The notes: a model not told the origin generated them from the letters alone. A stretch of 63,838 nucleotides of DNA, filler included, from Octopus bimaculoides (GCF_001194135.2; 4 parts of 4 records of this genome joined end to end with filler, not necessarily neighbours in it), one strand, 5' to 3'. Positions 12,926 to 26,683 are shown, numbered from the whole stretch's first letter. Translations and numbers: made by a program.

Positions 12926-13454
12926 GAGCTCCCATAAACGCGGGAACCCTACCAGGTTGGCCCCTTTCCTAAACATGAACACACATAGCACACAAACTTC
13001 ACACAAAGAAGAAATAGGCCCCAATCACGAACTAAATCAACATACACAATAAATAAGGGAGTTGTAGTCTGGCGATTTAAGCGACCAGATTTTAGGGGTA
13101 TTGAGTCTGAGGCCGTGTGGGAAGATGAATGGAGGCACAACATCCCCATCACTAATCATCACACCAAACACTATGATGTTGACTGCATGTTTGATTTTTA
13201 TCACTTTCGGTACGCGTCCTCAGACAGACACCCAAACACTCTGAAATATTCGTACTGGAGCTTCCTGTGCGAATACCAAGCAGTACAGCACGTCGTTTCC
13301 AAATTTTTGGCACAGTGAATTGCGTCATGTTGCTGTTTATCTAATAAGCGGTGTGCAACTGAATCTACTATATTGTGTACTCGACAAAATAAAAAAAAAC
13401 AATGCCCATGCGCGAAATTGAAAATACAAATTGGCGACAATTTACCCATCGCAC

Positions 13455-13508
<54 letters not shown>

Positions 13509-14049
13509 CACACACATACATACATGTATATATATATATATATATTCAACTATATATGTGTGTTTGTGTGTGTATGCCTGTCCACATGTAAATATATATA
13601 GACATATAGAAGTATATAGATAGAGGGAGAGACGGTGAAAGAGGGTGATTGATTGACTGATTGAATGAATGATTGATTGACTGAACCTGAAATTTCGTTT
13701 TAACTTGGCGACTCCCTTTTCACATCATTACGATGATCAAACATGAACCTCAATTTTTTTTTCACTCTGTATGTAGATGGACAAGCAATAATATTTTTTA
13801 CATGAGATGTTACAGATATTATATAATGTGAAAAAATACCTTTCACAACTGTTTCTTATAGTGAAATCTCGTTCTGCTGAACCACTTTACCGCGATTAAA
13901 AATTTGGAATTGAGAATATGACTAGCCTGTACAATATTTAGTTACTTGTTTCATTAGCATCTGTTCACTCCGTATGTGTGTGTGTGTGTTAGTGCACGAG
14001 CATGTGTGTAGATAGAGAGATAGATAGATAGAGAGATAGATAGATAGAG

Positions 14050-14143
<94 letters not shown>

Positions 14144-14865
14144 GTAGGTAGGTAAATAGATATCTTTTTATTATAGCCACACAAGGCTAAATACAGAAAA
14201 TGGACAAATTATAAAGTAGANNNNNNNNNNNNNNNNNNNNNNNNNNNNNNNNNNNNNNNNNNNNNNNNNNNNNNNNNNNNNNNNNNNNNNNNNNNNNNNN
14301 NNNNNNNNNNNNNNNNNNNNNNNNNNNNNNNNNNNNNNNNNNNNNNNNNNNNNNNNNNNNNNNNNNNNNNNNNNNNNNNNNNNNNNNNNNNNNNNNNNNN
14401 NNNNNNNNNNNNNNNNNNNNNNNNNNNNNNNNNNNNNNNNNNNNNNNNNNNNNNNNNNNNNNNNNNNNNNNNNNNNNNNNNNNNNNNNNNNNNNNNNNNN
14501 NNNNNNNNNNNNNNNNNNNNNNNNNNNNNNNNNNNNNNNNNNNNNNNNNNNNNNNNNNNNNNNNNNNNNNNNNNNNNNNNNNNNNNNNNNNNNNNNNNNN
14601 NNNNNNNNNNNNNNNNNNNNNNNNNNNNNNNNNNNNNNNNNNNNNNNNNNNNNNNNNNNNNNNNNNNNNNNNNNNNNNNNNNNNNNNNNNNNNNNNNNNN
14701 NNNNNNNNNNNNNNNNNNNNNNNNNNNNNNNNNNNNNNNNNNNNNNNNNNNNNNNNNNNNNNNNNNNNNNNNNNNNNNNNNNNNNNNNNNNNNNNNNNNN
14801 NNNNNNNNNNNNNNNNNNNNNNNNNNNNNNNNNNNNNNNNNNNNNNNNNNNNNNNNNNNNNNNNN

Positions 14866-14986
14866 AACTGGTAGTGCGTCTCGATAGCATTGCCAAGCCA
14901 GGGGATCTCTGCAAATTATCCATAGGCCCCGGCCCGAACGTCGTCTTGAAAAGGCGGGTTAGGAATTTCTCGTCGACACCCAGGTT

Positions 14987-14988
<2 letters not shown>
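14866..14988 (-). mobile_element. Probable Tx1/L1-type LINE fragment (C-terminal region), truncated by a gap
   Basis: GC-rich island translating to NLGVDEKFLTRLFKTTFGPGPMDNLQRS and, after a frameshift, LAWQCYRDALPV, resembling the region just before the zinc knuckle in Tx1/L1 ORF2. Confidence 0.5.
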
Positions 14989-15046
<58 letters not shown>

Positions 15047-15974
15047 CGTGTATTTATGTTCGAGTGCAATATATATTGCATAATTCAGCAAATAAATTTA
15101 TCTGCACTGTATATCCTCCAATAGAGTACAGATACAGAATAGAGGACATATATCAGCGTTTAGTATTTTCTTTTCCTTGCTTCTAAAGAGTAGTTCTGCC
15201 GGTGCTTAAGCTTCTTATTGAAGGGAAATTATGCAAGACAATGCAAGAATTCTTTTTCACTTTTTTTCTCAAAGATTCCTTTTTTTTATTTTCCTTTTCA
15301 CTTTGTTTTGTTGTTTTTTATCGTATGTCTATGTCTGTGGTAAGTCAGTAGTGGAATTACATAGATTTTTCAAGTTTACAATGGATATTATATTCAACAT
15401 GAATGAAGACTGAGCTAAAATGACTTGATAAGCTTTATACTAAACGTAATCCGCCGGGAACAAATATCGTTTTCCATGGCAGTTCTTGAAGATTTATTCT
15501 CTGTCCGATTGACAATCGTAAATCTACCATTGAATGGAAACTTCGATCCATTACCAAGATATATCGAATTCTTACTGTCTAATCCGTTGGAATGGGATAA
15601 TTTCTCTTTTTATTTATTTTTTCTTATCATAGACATACTTTTTACTTCCATTTTTTTTTACCTATATCAACTCATAATATACGCTACAAAGATAATATAA
15701 GCTTAATTACAAATGAATTCTTTTCTTCGTTTTTTCTCTTAACAAACATCAGCAGCAAAAACAACTGCAGTAGTAGCAGCAGCAGTAGCGATGGCAATAA
15801 CAATAACATTAGTTTTATAATCATTATTAGCATAGGTATCTTGACTGAAAAGTAAGAGGAAAAGAAGCAGCAGATGGAGCCACATGGTGAGAAGAATATA
15901 TGTTGATTTTCTTTACTGGTACAAAGCTTCACATTTCTGCTACATGTTTTGTTTTATTATTGGTACTAAAATGG

Positions 15975-16175
15975 TGAGCTGGCAGAAACGTTAGCAAGAT
16001 GGACAACATGTTTAGCTGCATTTAATCCGTTTGTAAACTGAGTTCATATTCCGCCAAGGAAGTCTTTGCCTTTTATCTTTGAGGGTCGATAAGATAAGTA
16101 AATGAGTCCCGGTTGAACACTTGGGTTGATGTAATCGACCAATGCCCTCCGCCAAAATTTCAGCATTGAGTTTAT
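15975..16175 (+). mobile_element. SINE family F (ggtgagctggcagaa head), representative copy
   Basis: Related copies in either orientation at ~24598-24805, 28245-28460, 45890-46070, 47120-47770, 47800-48000, 52955-53160, 53620-53850 and 58725-58930 share gagctggcagaa..gttagc / gagttcaaatt / gggtcgataaaataagtacc / gatgtaatcgac motifs. Confidence 0.8.
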
Positions 16176-17509
16176 AATAGAAAGGTTTGTTACTGGTGAT
16201 TTTGGCACCGTCGGCAATTCTCGTCGTCGTTGTTGCCGTTTATTCCCAAGTCAACTTTCTTCAAATACATTTATTACGAAAATCGCTCCGGCTAGGACTT
16301 CTTATATCCAAGCATAACATTTTTCAGACTACATTATTCAATCTAATTTTTCATCATATTCTATTTTTTTCTTTTTATTAAAGACTGTAGACTGTAATTA
16401 GGGAGAAGTTTGAATGTTATTCTACAGGGCGTCCACAAAGTCTAGGTGCATGGGGATTAACACATACTTTCAGAAATTATTTTTTCTTATATTTAACTTT
16501 TTATGTTATGATTTTATTTACTCCATGTACCCATACCTTTTGGACACTCTGTAGAATACAGAACAAAAGTATTCTCTTATTGCAAGATACGCATATCATT
16601 GGTTATTAACGTGGCTGAAGAAACAAAGTCAAACCGGTGGTTAGAATTTTTAGTAAAAATACAGTATATTACGTCAACCGAAAAGCCCTTAGCGAATTCG
16701 GCAGTTCTGTCTTTAAACACGTCATATAACAACTGCAATTTTTGTACACCTGATATTTTGGTATCTCCTGCAGCACGGTAATGTCCTGTTTACATCTCAT
16801 ACCAAACATTCGTAAACGTTTTACTTTTGTTAGCCATTATCAAGGGTAAACATGAAAAACCAAAAGCTGAATATTCATCACGTAATGTTTTTCTTGTTTA
16901 AAATGCGTGGTGCGAAAACACTGCAGAGATGTATAAAATCATTTGTGAATTATATAGTTACCGATACACTAAGGATGGTAAAATCTCTGGCATTTTATTT
17001 CTCTTGCAGTCTACTCATCTAAAATATCATATCCAACGTATTGAATGAACCACTCAAGAATAATTTTGCTCAAATTGTTTATCTGTAATACCAATGAATG
17101 AAAAACCTGTTTTTCTATGTCTGTCTTTATACACTTTCAGTAAGGTATCTCTCCAACCGGAATGAACATGCATCCTTTTCTTACACTTTATATATATGTC
17201 TCTGCAGAAGACCCAACATCGTAGTTATTCCTAATTTGAGAACTTATGTTAAATACTATTGCCTTCTTTTTCCAACACATTTATAGTCGTAATTCTAATC
17301 TTTAGAATACTTGTTAAGATATATGTATGAGTAGAATCAATATTACTTCGTCAAATCCATTATGCGCAACAGACAGTAGATTTCATTAAAATGGCCACAT
17401 ATGTATCATACTTATTGAAAATACATAACTTTATGTTAGTTATCCTGATTAAATTTTCACCTGCTTTGATATTAGTCCTGTGTGACTTGTTTCTCTGGGT
17501 AATCATGAA

Positions 17510-20354
17510 GTTTTATTTAAATTGAGTATTTACTATATACATTGCACTTGTGGTTGGTACCTTCCTAATCTCATCCTCTGTAGTCAGTTTGTTGGGTACA
17601 GTTATAAAAACCAGCGTTTCAGAATTTGATGCCACTTTCGCTGGAACAATTATTTGGGGGCTATTTGTTAGACAGCTTTTGATTTTGTCAAATACCTTCC
17701 ACGTTAACTAATGACACTTCCGGTTTTTCCATTCTCTCTGGCTGTCACAAACGTATGGATGGTGAAAGTGCCTGGAATTGTCCTTCATTGTATCAAAATA
17801 TTAGATTTGACCACAACATTGTTCTCCATAGAATAGTCGTGTTAGAATTATTTCGTATGACATACAATCTACACAACCTGCCAACCGTCGTTTGCTATGT
17901 CGCAAAAGAGTTTCTACGCTTAGAACATTTGCTAATTCCAAGGCTTTTAACGTTACTCACAAGCTATCCAGGAAAGATGGAAATTGTGGCAATGACATTT
18001 TTGCTAAATAAGCTGTCTCTAAAATGAGTATTAAATATAAAATCTATATTTCGCAGCCATAAAATAAAATAGTTTAACTACTTGTTTTGAAAATGTACTT
18101 TTAGCGTCTTGTTCTATTTACTTAAAATTTTGCGGAAGAATGTAATTTTGCAGCAGATATCCAGAGTTTCATCCTTATATCAAAATATAGGCAGTTTCCT
18201 AAGTTCTTCCTCGTATATTTTCACAAGCCTACTGGTTAGTGTCATCATTATTCAGGCATTCCCATAACACTCGACCTTTTGCTTCTCATCACCCATATTT
18301 TATTTACCCACGCACTAGACGCAAACTACTTCGCCCAGTCCTTTGTCTCTACAACATTATTCCACTAGAACTCCCTATGTTGTTTCTGCAGCTGGCGCCT
18401 GCAACCGTTCGACAAGAACATTAACCACATCGATATGATCGATGTTTGAGTTCCTAAGATCAATTCAGGAAAAAATTCTAAAAAGGGCGTGATCGACCAG
18501 AACTCTACATCTTTTGAACATGATAAAACAAGTAACCTTGACAAACCCTTTTTGCTCTATAAAAAAATCAATATAGTGAATGCCTGCGAATGTTGAATGA
18601 AAATGATATTTTCTACCATTTGTTTCTTCAACCGACAAAAATACCCTTGCATCGACAAGTGATAGGAAACATATCTAGTAAATAGAAAATAGCGCCTACA
18701 CATTCATAGTATCCAATTTCATTATACATTCTAATAATTCTAGCTTGTCATGAGAGATTCAGAACATAATTGGTATCGTCTTTGCTCTAATAAATTGTTT
18801 TCCCCCATTGCTTTGATAATCAAAATTTTGCTTCTTTGATTACTCAAACTATGTGTGTGCATCGCCTAAACATATTTTGCTGCGAGCTGCGTAGCCTACG
18901 TGTCTTGTGCATAAGAGAGTTTTGTATAAATATAGCCTTGTTTATCACGGGTGATTGGTTCCAAGAGAAATCCGTATTAAATAAATCATTGATAAACGAA
19001 TGATAGAGCATATGCAGAAAACAGGTTTCGCTCCGAGATCCCAAATTGTTCTGTGCATTGTGGATGGATGATGGAATTCCTTTTAGTCTATACGATATCT
19101 TTGACTGATCACCAAATTTTGTTACCAGTGACTAATTTGTAGTGAGTGTAACATGGTTCACAAATGAACGTACTGTGTTTTGTGGATCAGTGGTGAATGA
19201 ATCAGTGATAAGCGAAGATAAAATCATGTCAGGGTAATTTTGTCATCACTATGTGAGATGTGTTTATGCTGTTGAATGTAACGTCTTTTTGAGAAGGGAA
19301 TCAAGTAAACAGATTTAGTAGGAGCTATTTGCAGTCAGTGAGGAAATTATGAAATGTCATGATTAAAGTGCATCTGCATATAGATAATATTTGTATTTTT
19401 TCCCGTTGGAAACCAATCAAACCACTTTGATTTCTTGGCTGTATATTTCAAATAATCAACAACACTATGACTCCAAAAATGACTCGTTTTGGACTATTCC
19501 TCATTACATAAATAGGAAATCACATTAAGCTTGCATTTCATTTTCTTCTCTCTGGTTAACACTAATACAACACAAAATTTGATTAAAATATCTTCCTTCG
19601 CTCCATGTGAACACAAAGCAATTTGATAAGTTTTCTTCATCTTTCATTTCATATCTGGCGATGAAAGCATGTTTACTAGACTTTCCTTTTATGGTGTCAA
19701 TATCAGAAGGGTATTAGTATGTCGCTATCTACTGAAGAGTATATTTCTATGTATTTGCGGGAATGCCAAGTAATTTCAATCCGAAAATAGTGAGCGCGGA
19801 GTTCTACGGTAGTGTCTATGTAAGAAATAGATATGTCATTGAATTCTAAGCATATTGTTTGTTTCCTACTAAAAGTCAAACCATTAGGTATTTCTGAAGT
19901 TTCCAAAATGTTTTCTTCCGTCATTAACGTGGCGTGCACTGTTAGGATAATCTCTAGGTGGTCGGAAGAATACTGGGCGAATATTTTCCAAGATGCTATG
20001 ATAGTTAAGTGTTTGGAATAGAAGATAACATCTGAGGGATAGTTGCTAGAGTTAACTTGATTAGGTATGTGTCGTTGAATGTTGTTTGGGATGACATATA
20101 TTCATGATTAATTATCTCGTATATTCATCAATTTTTATGCGGTAGGGGGTAATTTTAAGGAAATTTTGGTGCAATTTAGTACGACTATATTTCGTCAATA
20201 GAATTACCGTTATTATTGACGAGATATCGATTTTCTTTCCTACTGTACACAGACAAAAGTTTCGCAGTTTATTACTCGTCGGTCCATAGTAATTACAATG
20301 AGGATAATGATCTTTAACGATGGAAGCAGACAATATATTTTGATTAATGTTCAT
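17510..20354 (-). pseudogene. Decayed intronless LRR receptor, Toll-like-receptor-type pseudogene
   Basis: Ordered remnants across many stops and frameshifts: signal-like IKIYCLLPSLKIIILIVITM; NIVVLNCTKISLKLPPTA*KLMNIRDN; LRR pieces TFNDTYLIKLTL, KTFWKLQKYL, HFGNFRNT*WFDF, TPRSLFSD*NYL, RLKGIPSSI, LFNTDFSWNQSPVINKAIF, YVLNLS, IDLRNSNIDHID; cysteine cap pieces (CV*C..KIW, ACENIRGRT); juxtamembrane KYRFYI*YSF; weak TIR-like pieces (NSFAT*/ANDGWQVV, TRLFYG..NI/FDTMKDNSR, WKVFDKIKSCL). The span is about 950 codons, a TLR-like size. LRR identity is better supported than TIR identity. Confidence 0.6.
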
Positions 20355-20978
20355 TTTTTTTTTTATATATAAATATTTTTGTAAAGATTGTTTTTATTAT
20401 TTTAGAGAGCACGAACACGTGGAAAGAGGGAAATAATATTTATCAAGTTACGAAGCCTATGAAATTGTTTTGCTTTCTCAGAATGAATGATTTTATATAA
20501 GGAGGAAAAATAAGTACTACATAAAATATAACGAGTATGTTATTGACAAGAAATTAATATCATATTCAATTCATTAGCAGGCTGAATCCGTTCATTTAAC
20601 CATGAGTTTTTCACTAAATGTACCCAGGTTTGTTTTCGTTCCAGAATTTCTTAAATGTATCTCGTGATTAAGAAATATGTAAAGCAACCATAATTTGGTA
20701 CACGTAGCATTATTTAATCGCTGACATTTTAGTATAAAAGAATTGACTGAAACCTAAATGTATATGTGTACGATCTGCTGTTTAACATAGGAGGAGAGTA
20801 CTTCTGCTGGGTTCTTGTCATATGCTTCAATAATACCTGCTGGGAACCTTTCAACATTTCCTTTTACGAAAACAAGAAGTCCAGCTGTTGAGATGCAACC
20901 ATAGCTACTTGGAATCTAAGCAGAACAACGTACTAAAAGTATTCACTGCTACCGCTTAGTTTTAATATCTCTATAGCG

Positions 20979-21133
<155 letters not shown>

Positions 21134-21135
21134 AG

Positions 21136-21520
21136 GTGGAGGCGGAATGGCCCAGTGGTTAGGGCAGCGGATTCGCGGTCATAGGATCGTGGTTTCGATT
21201 CCCAGACCGGGCGTTGTGAGTGTTTTTTGAGCGAAAACACCTAAAGCTCCACGAGGCTCCAGCAGGTGATGGTGGCGAACCCTGCTGTACTCTTCCACCA
21301 CAATTTTCTCTTACTTCCTGTTTCTGTTGTGCCTGTAATTCAAAGGGTCAGTCTTGTCACGCTGAATATCCCTTGGAACTACGTTAAGGGTACACGTGTC
21401 TAACGGAACAGCCTGCTCGTGAAATTAACGTGCAAGTGGCTGCGCACTCCACAGACGCGTGTACCCTTCTCGTAGCTTTCAGGGAGATTCAGCGTGACAC
21501 AGAGTGTGACATGGTTGGCC
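21136..21520 (+). mobile_element. tRNA-derived SINE family B
   Basis: A-box tggcccagtgg and B-box ggtttcgattcc; the same element occurs at 21736-22114, 40505-40890 and 48137-48515. Confidence 0.9.
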
Positions 21521-21529
21521 CCTTCAAAT

Positions 21530-21675
21530 ACAGGTGCTACTCATTTTTGCCAGCTGAATGCACCAGAGCAACATGAAATAAAGTGTCTTGCTCAAGGACA
21601 CAACGCTTCGCTGGGAATTGAACTCACGACTTTACGATCGCGAGCCGACTGCCCTAACCGCAAAGCCATGTGCCT
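21530..21675 (-). mobile_element. tRNA-derived SINE family C, 5' part
   Basis: Reverse complement begins aggcacatggctttgcggttagggcag...gtgagttcaattcccag...gtgtccttgagcaagacactttatttca (Pol III boxes plus CORE-like block). Confidence 0.75.
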
Positions 21676-21735
21676 ATATATGTTACCTATATATGTCACC
21701 TATATATGTATAACACGCGCCTATATATGTCACCT

Positions 21736-22114
21736 GTGGAGGCGCAATGGCCCAGTGGTTAGGGCAGCGGATTCGCGGTCGTAGGATCGCGGTTTCAATT
21801 CCCAGACCGGGCTTATGAGTGTTTACTGAGCGAAAACACCTAAAGCTCCACGAGGCTCTGATAGGGGTGTTGTGTCGAACCCTGCTGTACTCTCTCATCA
21901 CAACTTTCTCTCACATTTTCTTCCTGTTTCTGTTGTACTTGTATTTCAAAGGGCCAGCCTTGTTACACTCTGTGTCACGCTGAATTTCCCCGAGAACTAC
22001 GTTAAGGGTGCACGTGTCTGTGGAGTGCTCAGCAACTTGCACGTTAATTTCACGAGCAAGCTGTTTAGTTGATTGGATCAACTGGAACCCTCGTCGTCGT
22101 AACCGACGGAGTGC
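21736..22114 (+). mobile_element. tRNA-derived SINE family B, full length
   Basis: Matches 21136-21520, 40505-40890 and 48137-48515; flanked by atgtcacct repeats of a short minisatellite. Confidence 0.9.
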
Positions 22115-23389
22115 AAAGACGAAGATAAATGTCACCTATATATGTATAATATATGTCACCTATATATGTATAATCCAGCGACAAAGTTGAGCATCTGTGA
22201 TAGAATAATTGTTATACTTCTACACTGGTTATTGCATGTTGAACTTTCATGTAAAGATTTTCGACTCCAGCTGACTTGAAATTTTAAGGTTCAGGCTGGC
22301 ATTTTCCCAAAGGTTTGAGCCTAAGGTATGTATGGCAGGCAGATGTGCAATTCATCCAGAATATGGCCCCAGAATAATAATTATAAAAAGGCTGCACCAT
22401 TTCGACCACTTGAACACTCAACGTCGACGTCGACCGAGAGACGCTTAAAGTATTTATATTATAAATGAAGAGGATATTATGTTTTAGCCTAAATCTGCAA
22501 TGTATACCCAGTAATCCGATATTTTCATATTAAATCTTTTGACATGGTTCTGTCTGTAATCGGTGGGTTTCTCCAACGGCACCACATGTTAGGAGGAGGG
22601 TTGCCAAATTCTTGATGCTGTTTTATTATATTTCACTTTATTGTTTTTTTTCTTTTAGAGCAAACCATTGGTCTCTCATCTCATGCTGTCTTTGTTTGTT
22701 GTTTTATTTTAAATATTTGTATGTCAGTGTTGCGTTCAAATACTTGCTTGTTAAGCAATGTTTTTTAATTGATTCTCTGTAGTCTGACATTCTAGACATT
22801 AGTCTAACACCCAGACTAGATGAATGAACACATTTATTTTCATTTTTCTTTTTGCATTTTATTGTTAGCTGTTGTTCTTATTGTTTTTTTTTTCCAATTC
22901 CTATGTGTTTCCCGTTGGTTAATTGCCATTCACAGAGTATTAAAAACAAATTCGTAGACAAATAAGTGGCATGCCAACAATTGAAGACAGACTACAAGCT
23001 TCCATATACTCATGGTTAAATATATAGAGAGAAATATCTTGTATTTTCTTCTTTTGCATTTTAAACATCATCATCATCATAATCATTTTCCACATCACCA
23101 TCACATTCTTACTTCTTGCCATTGATTTCTTTTGACAGTGTACAAAACCAATTTAGTGGAAAGAGGAAAAGTAATTATATACAATACAGTTGACCACTAA
23201 GTATAACTGTTACTTATTCTATCGATACTTAAATTGTGGCCCAAAATCAGTAAGGGTATCAGATAAATACAGATAGGAAAGAAAATTACGTTTTATCACT
23301 AACCACCATATTTAAAATTCTCCTCGTTCAAAGCACGTAACTCTATAAATAAGCAATATATGTTACATCACTGAAAAAAACTAAAGAAA

Positions 23390-24240
23390 CTATTTCGTTC
23401 GTTGATTTACAGTAATGTGGTCAAGTCCATTCCAAAAGCGGAAGTACTGTGAAGTCGATTTCATGTAGATACACGATAAATAAATGAACCATTTCAAGTT
23501 CTCTTTATGAAACAACTTAACTGAATGCATAGTAACGAATTTAATAGATTTGTAATCGAGAAGAAATACCAAAGTAGAATTTTATATATTAGTGGGCGAG
23601 ACGAAATTGGTAACAGTAGTAAGATGAGTTATCTCTGACTTCTCGTTATTTTCTCCCTACCTGTTTGAAGGAATTAAATTGCAAGTTTTGCATTATCGTT
23701 TTGTACTGTTGCATCATCTGTGTGAATAAAAGTTGGTCAGTGTAGTTTATGTTAAAATTGAGAGGGTTTCAAACATCGTCAGGTAACAGGCATTTTGTTT
23801 CTCAAGGAAAATTTCCTCAACTTTGAACCAATTGTAATTGAGGCTGCTAATAAAATATCTGGAAACTTTTTGATGTTATCGATCGATATTCTTTACTCTG
23901 TTACATTCCAAGTCGATTGCTCCCCTACGCTAATATCTATTTTCATAATTTTCAATTTTCCAATAAATGATGTCTAAACAGGGGCAAAATTAGTAATGAC
24001 TGATTTGAATAATTCCCTCTCTAATTTCTTCAGTGGGGATCGTAAATATATCATGAAAAGAGCCACTCCAGAAGATCGTGAAGAAACTACAGACGATATT
24101 TTCTGTTCAGCGTTTTGACTTAGTCCAGTTTCATTAACTTCATATCACGTGCCATTTTACGATGATCTTCTTTCATTTGACCTAGATACTTTTAATCTTG
24201 TTGCGGTTTTCATCTTTCTAATGTCTAACGTTGGATATAG
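23390..24240 (-). pseudogene. Second decayed leucine-rich-repeat coding relic (tentative)
   Basis: One minus frame (24240-23780) reads RLKVSRSN / NETGLSQNAEQKISS / IYLRSPLKKLERELF / KLKIMKIDIS / TE*RISIDNIKKFPDILL / SKLRKFSLRNKM at roughly LRR spacing, with few stops; ENLKWFIYL lies downstream. Confidence 0.38.
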
Positions 24241-25589
24241 ATGTATATCAGTATTTTTCATATGTAATTCTGAAGAACTGAATGATCAAATTTACCTTAT
24301 CTTATTTTACTCATTTTGCCCCTGGTAAATTTGTCTTTAATAGGTGCAAAGAGAAGGGAGATATTTTTTTGTAATAGAGTTCGGATTATGTTATTGTACT
24401 TTTAAGGAATTTTAAAAAGATCGTTTGCTTTGGTGATATAGTTTTGTAAAGTAGGGAACATTTGTAAACAGTCTTTTTTCCTCAAAATTAAAAGTGCTGT
24501 AAATCTTACTCATTGTGCATCCCCTTTCCAATACTATATCGTTAAGTCAACCAGTAATTCACTAATTATGATTCTTATATAATATTTTCTTTTCTACTCT
24601 AGGCATAAGGCCCGAAATATTTGGAAAGAAAACCAGTCGATTAGATCGACCCTAGTACACAACTGGTACTTAATTTATCGACTTCGAAAAGATGAAAGGC
24701 AAAGTCAACCTCGGCGGAATTTGAACGCAGAACGTAAAAGCAGACGAAATACCACTAAGCATTTCACCAGGCGTACTAAAATTTCTCCGCCAGCTCCTCC
24801 GCTTCTTATATAATGAAGAGAAATATTATTACTTTTGAAATAAGTACAGGAGTTGGAATAAAGAAAGCCTCTTGTTGGAAGAAGGAATTAATTATCGGAA
24901 GTAGATGTATGTTTTTTTTTCCCCCTTACACAATACAAAAAAATCAGTAATTGTGCTGAATACGGTATATTTCTTACATAGCAAATTAGCCTTTTAACCC
25001 ACAAGTGTAAAACTACGACACAGCATTATATATCTCTCTATCTCTCTTATATATATTCTCAATCTCTCGACCTCTCTTTCTCTCTCTTTCTCACACACTC
25101 TCTCTCTCTCATTGTATATTCAAGGGAAATAGTAAGTAACCGATGTAAGAATTGAACTATCGAGAACGAAGCCTATGCGAGGAATATATGGTTAACCTGT
25201 TCCCCACATCGCTACATAGTTAAAACAACTAGATGAAGTATTGGCCAGGGAATGTTATTATTATACTAAATAATATTAGATAGATATAGTAAGGACCTAT
25301 ATTCGATACATATAACACTTTGTGCATAGCCTTATGCGTGTTTATAAGTTTGTAAAGTTCCTTCATTCCTATTCACCAAATAAAGACATCGTCAGGATTT
25401 TTGTTCTACGACTGTTGCATTTCAAAATGTCTGAGCGCTTGATTGAGATATGTCACAATTTTTATAACAGTTCTTCATGTTCTGACTTTCTGACTTCATC
25501 TCAGTATCTCAGTTTCGCTTTGCATTTGCCATTTGTCTTGGAATCGATATAATCGACTATAAGCAAAATGCATTAACTCGAGCGCATTG

Positions 25590-25641
<52 letters not shown>

Positions 25642-25663
<22 letters not shown>

Positions 25664-25862
25664 TTATATTTGACTTTTGTTTTGCATTTGTACAAGTTGG
25701 ATCCAAGTCTCACCCAGAGACCTCAAGAGACAACAAGTTAGAAGTTCATGTAGGTGTTATGCCTAGGGTACCATATATTTGGATTTGTACAGTTTTGTTC
25801 AAGTGAATGTTTAAGAAACCATAAGAAAATTATGTTTGCTTTAAAATTTGAGATCACATAGA
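25642..25862 (-). mobile_element. 3' end of an R4/Dong-like element; near-identical copy at 46885-47088
   Basis: tttgacttttg.tttgcatttgtacaagttggatccaagtctcacccagagacctcaagagac...aaatttgagatcac occurs at both sites, each with an (ATT)n tract at its 3' tail. The R4 assignment is inferred from context. Confidence 0.65.
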
Positions 25863-25884
25863 CAGTATTTTACGTAGGATATGG

Positions 25885-25932
<48 letters not shown>

Positions 25933-26683
25933 ATTATTATTACTATTATTATTGAGTGAGAGAGCAGCGCATGCCATCAAAGTGACACTGGGGTACAATT
26001 ATACGAAGCCCATTATACCCATCGTGACTACCCGTTGATAAGGGTATAGCAGGCACATGCATCACAACCATATGTGCGTGACATGATCTTTTCATATCAG
26101 GATAAACAACGCATGACTTTGCAGGTGGGGGCCCATTTGGAATGTTCTTCGGCTTCAGTAGTCCATCCTGCTCAAAGTGTCCCTGAATAAGGTTTGTTTA
26201 AGGATGTTGAACGAAACTACCACGTTTCCAAAGGTGTATTATTCAAACCCCAAAGAATTCCTCTCAACACATGGCTATGATGCTTCCCTATTACTTCTGC
26301 TCGTGATCAGACATGCATATATTGTCAAGCGTCAGGGGACATGCACAACAGGTTAAGGTCAAACAAATGACAAGCTAATCTCTGTTACTGAGCAGAATAT
26401 TTATTGTAGCCCATCTTTTATACCAAGACAAAACAAGGTACATGATGACACTTCCACTCAGTTAAGATTAGGAACCATGCAAGCCACAGCCTAGTATTGC
26501 ATCAGAGCATATATTATTCTACAGAGTGCTCAATGGATCGTTCTTGCCACATTGTCATGGCGTCTTATCATTATTATTATTTTCCAATTCAGTTGCGTTT
26601 TATTACCTCCTCAAACGTGTCTCAACTAGAGATGTAAAGCACACATATATTAGATTGTGAGAAACGTTTTGAGAATGTAGAAA

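Noticed and set aside
13201-13227. Minus-strand CTGAGGA...GAAA next to the Penelope element
   Set aside because: Stem II would open with a C-C mismatch and no stem I can be formed.
15420-15610. About 65 open codons on the minus strand (IYLGNGSKFPFNGRFTIV...)
   Set aside because: No start codon, no credible splice acceptor and no recognisable family.
16537-16614. Exon-like segment on the minus strand with good acceptor and donor
   Set aside because: Stops in all three frames; could only be UTR and nothing else supports it.
21673-21735. Short tandem cacctatatatgt repeats, recurring at 22130-22175
   Set aside because: Simple minisatellite split by a SINE; no unique spacers, so not CRISPR-like.
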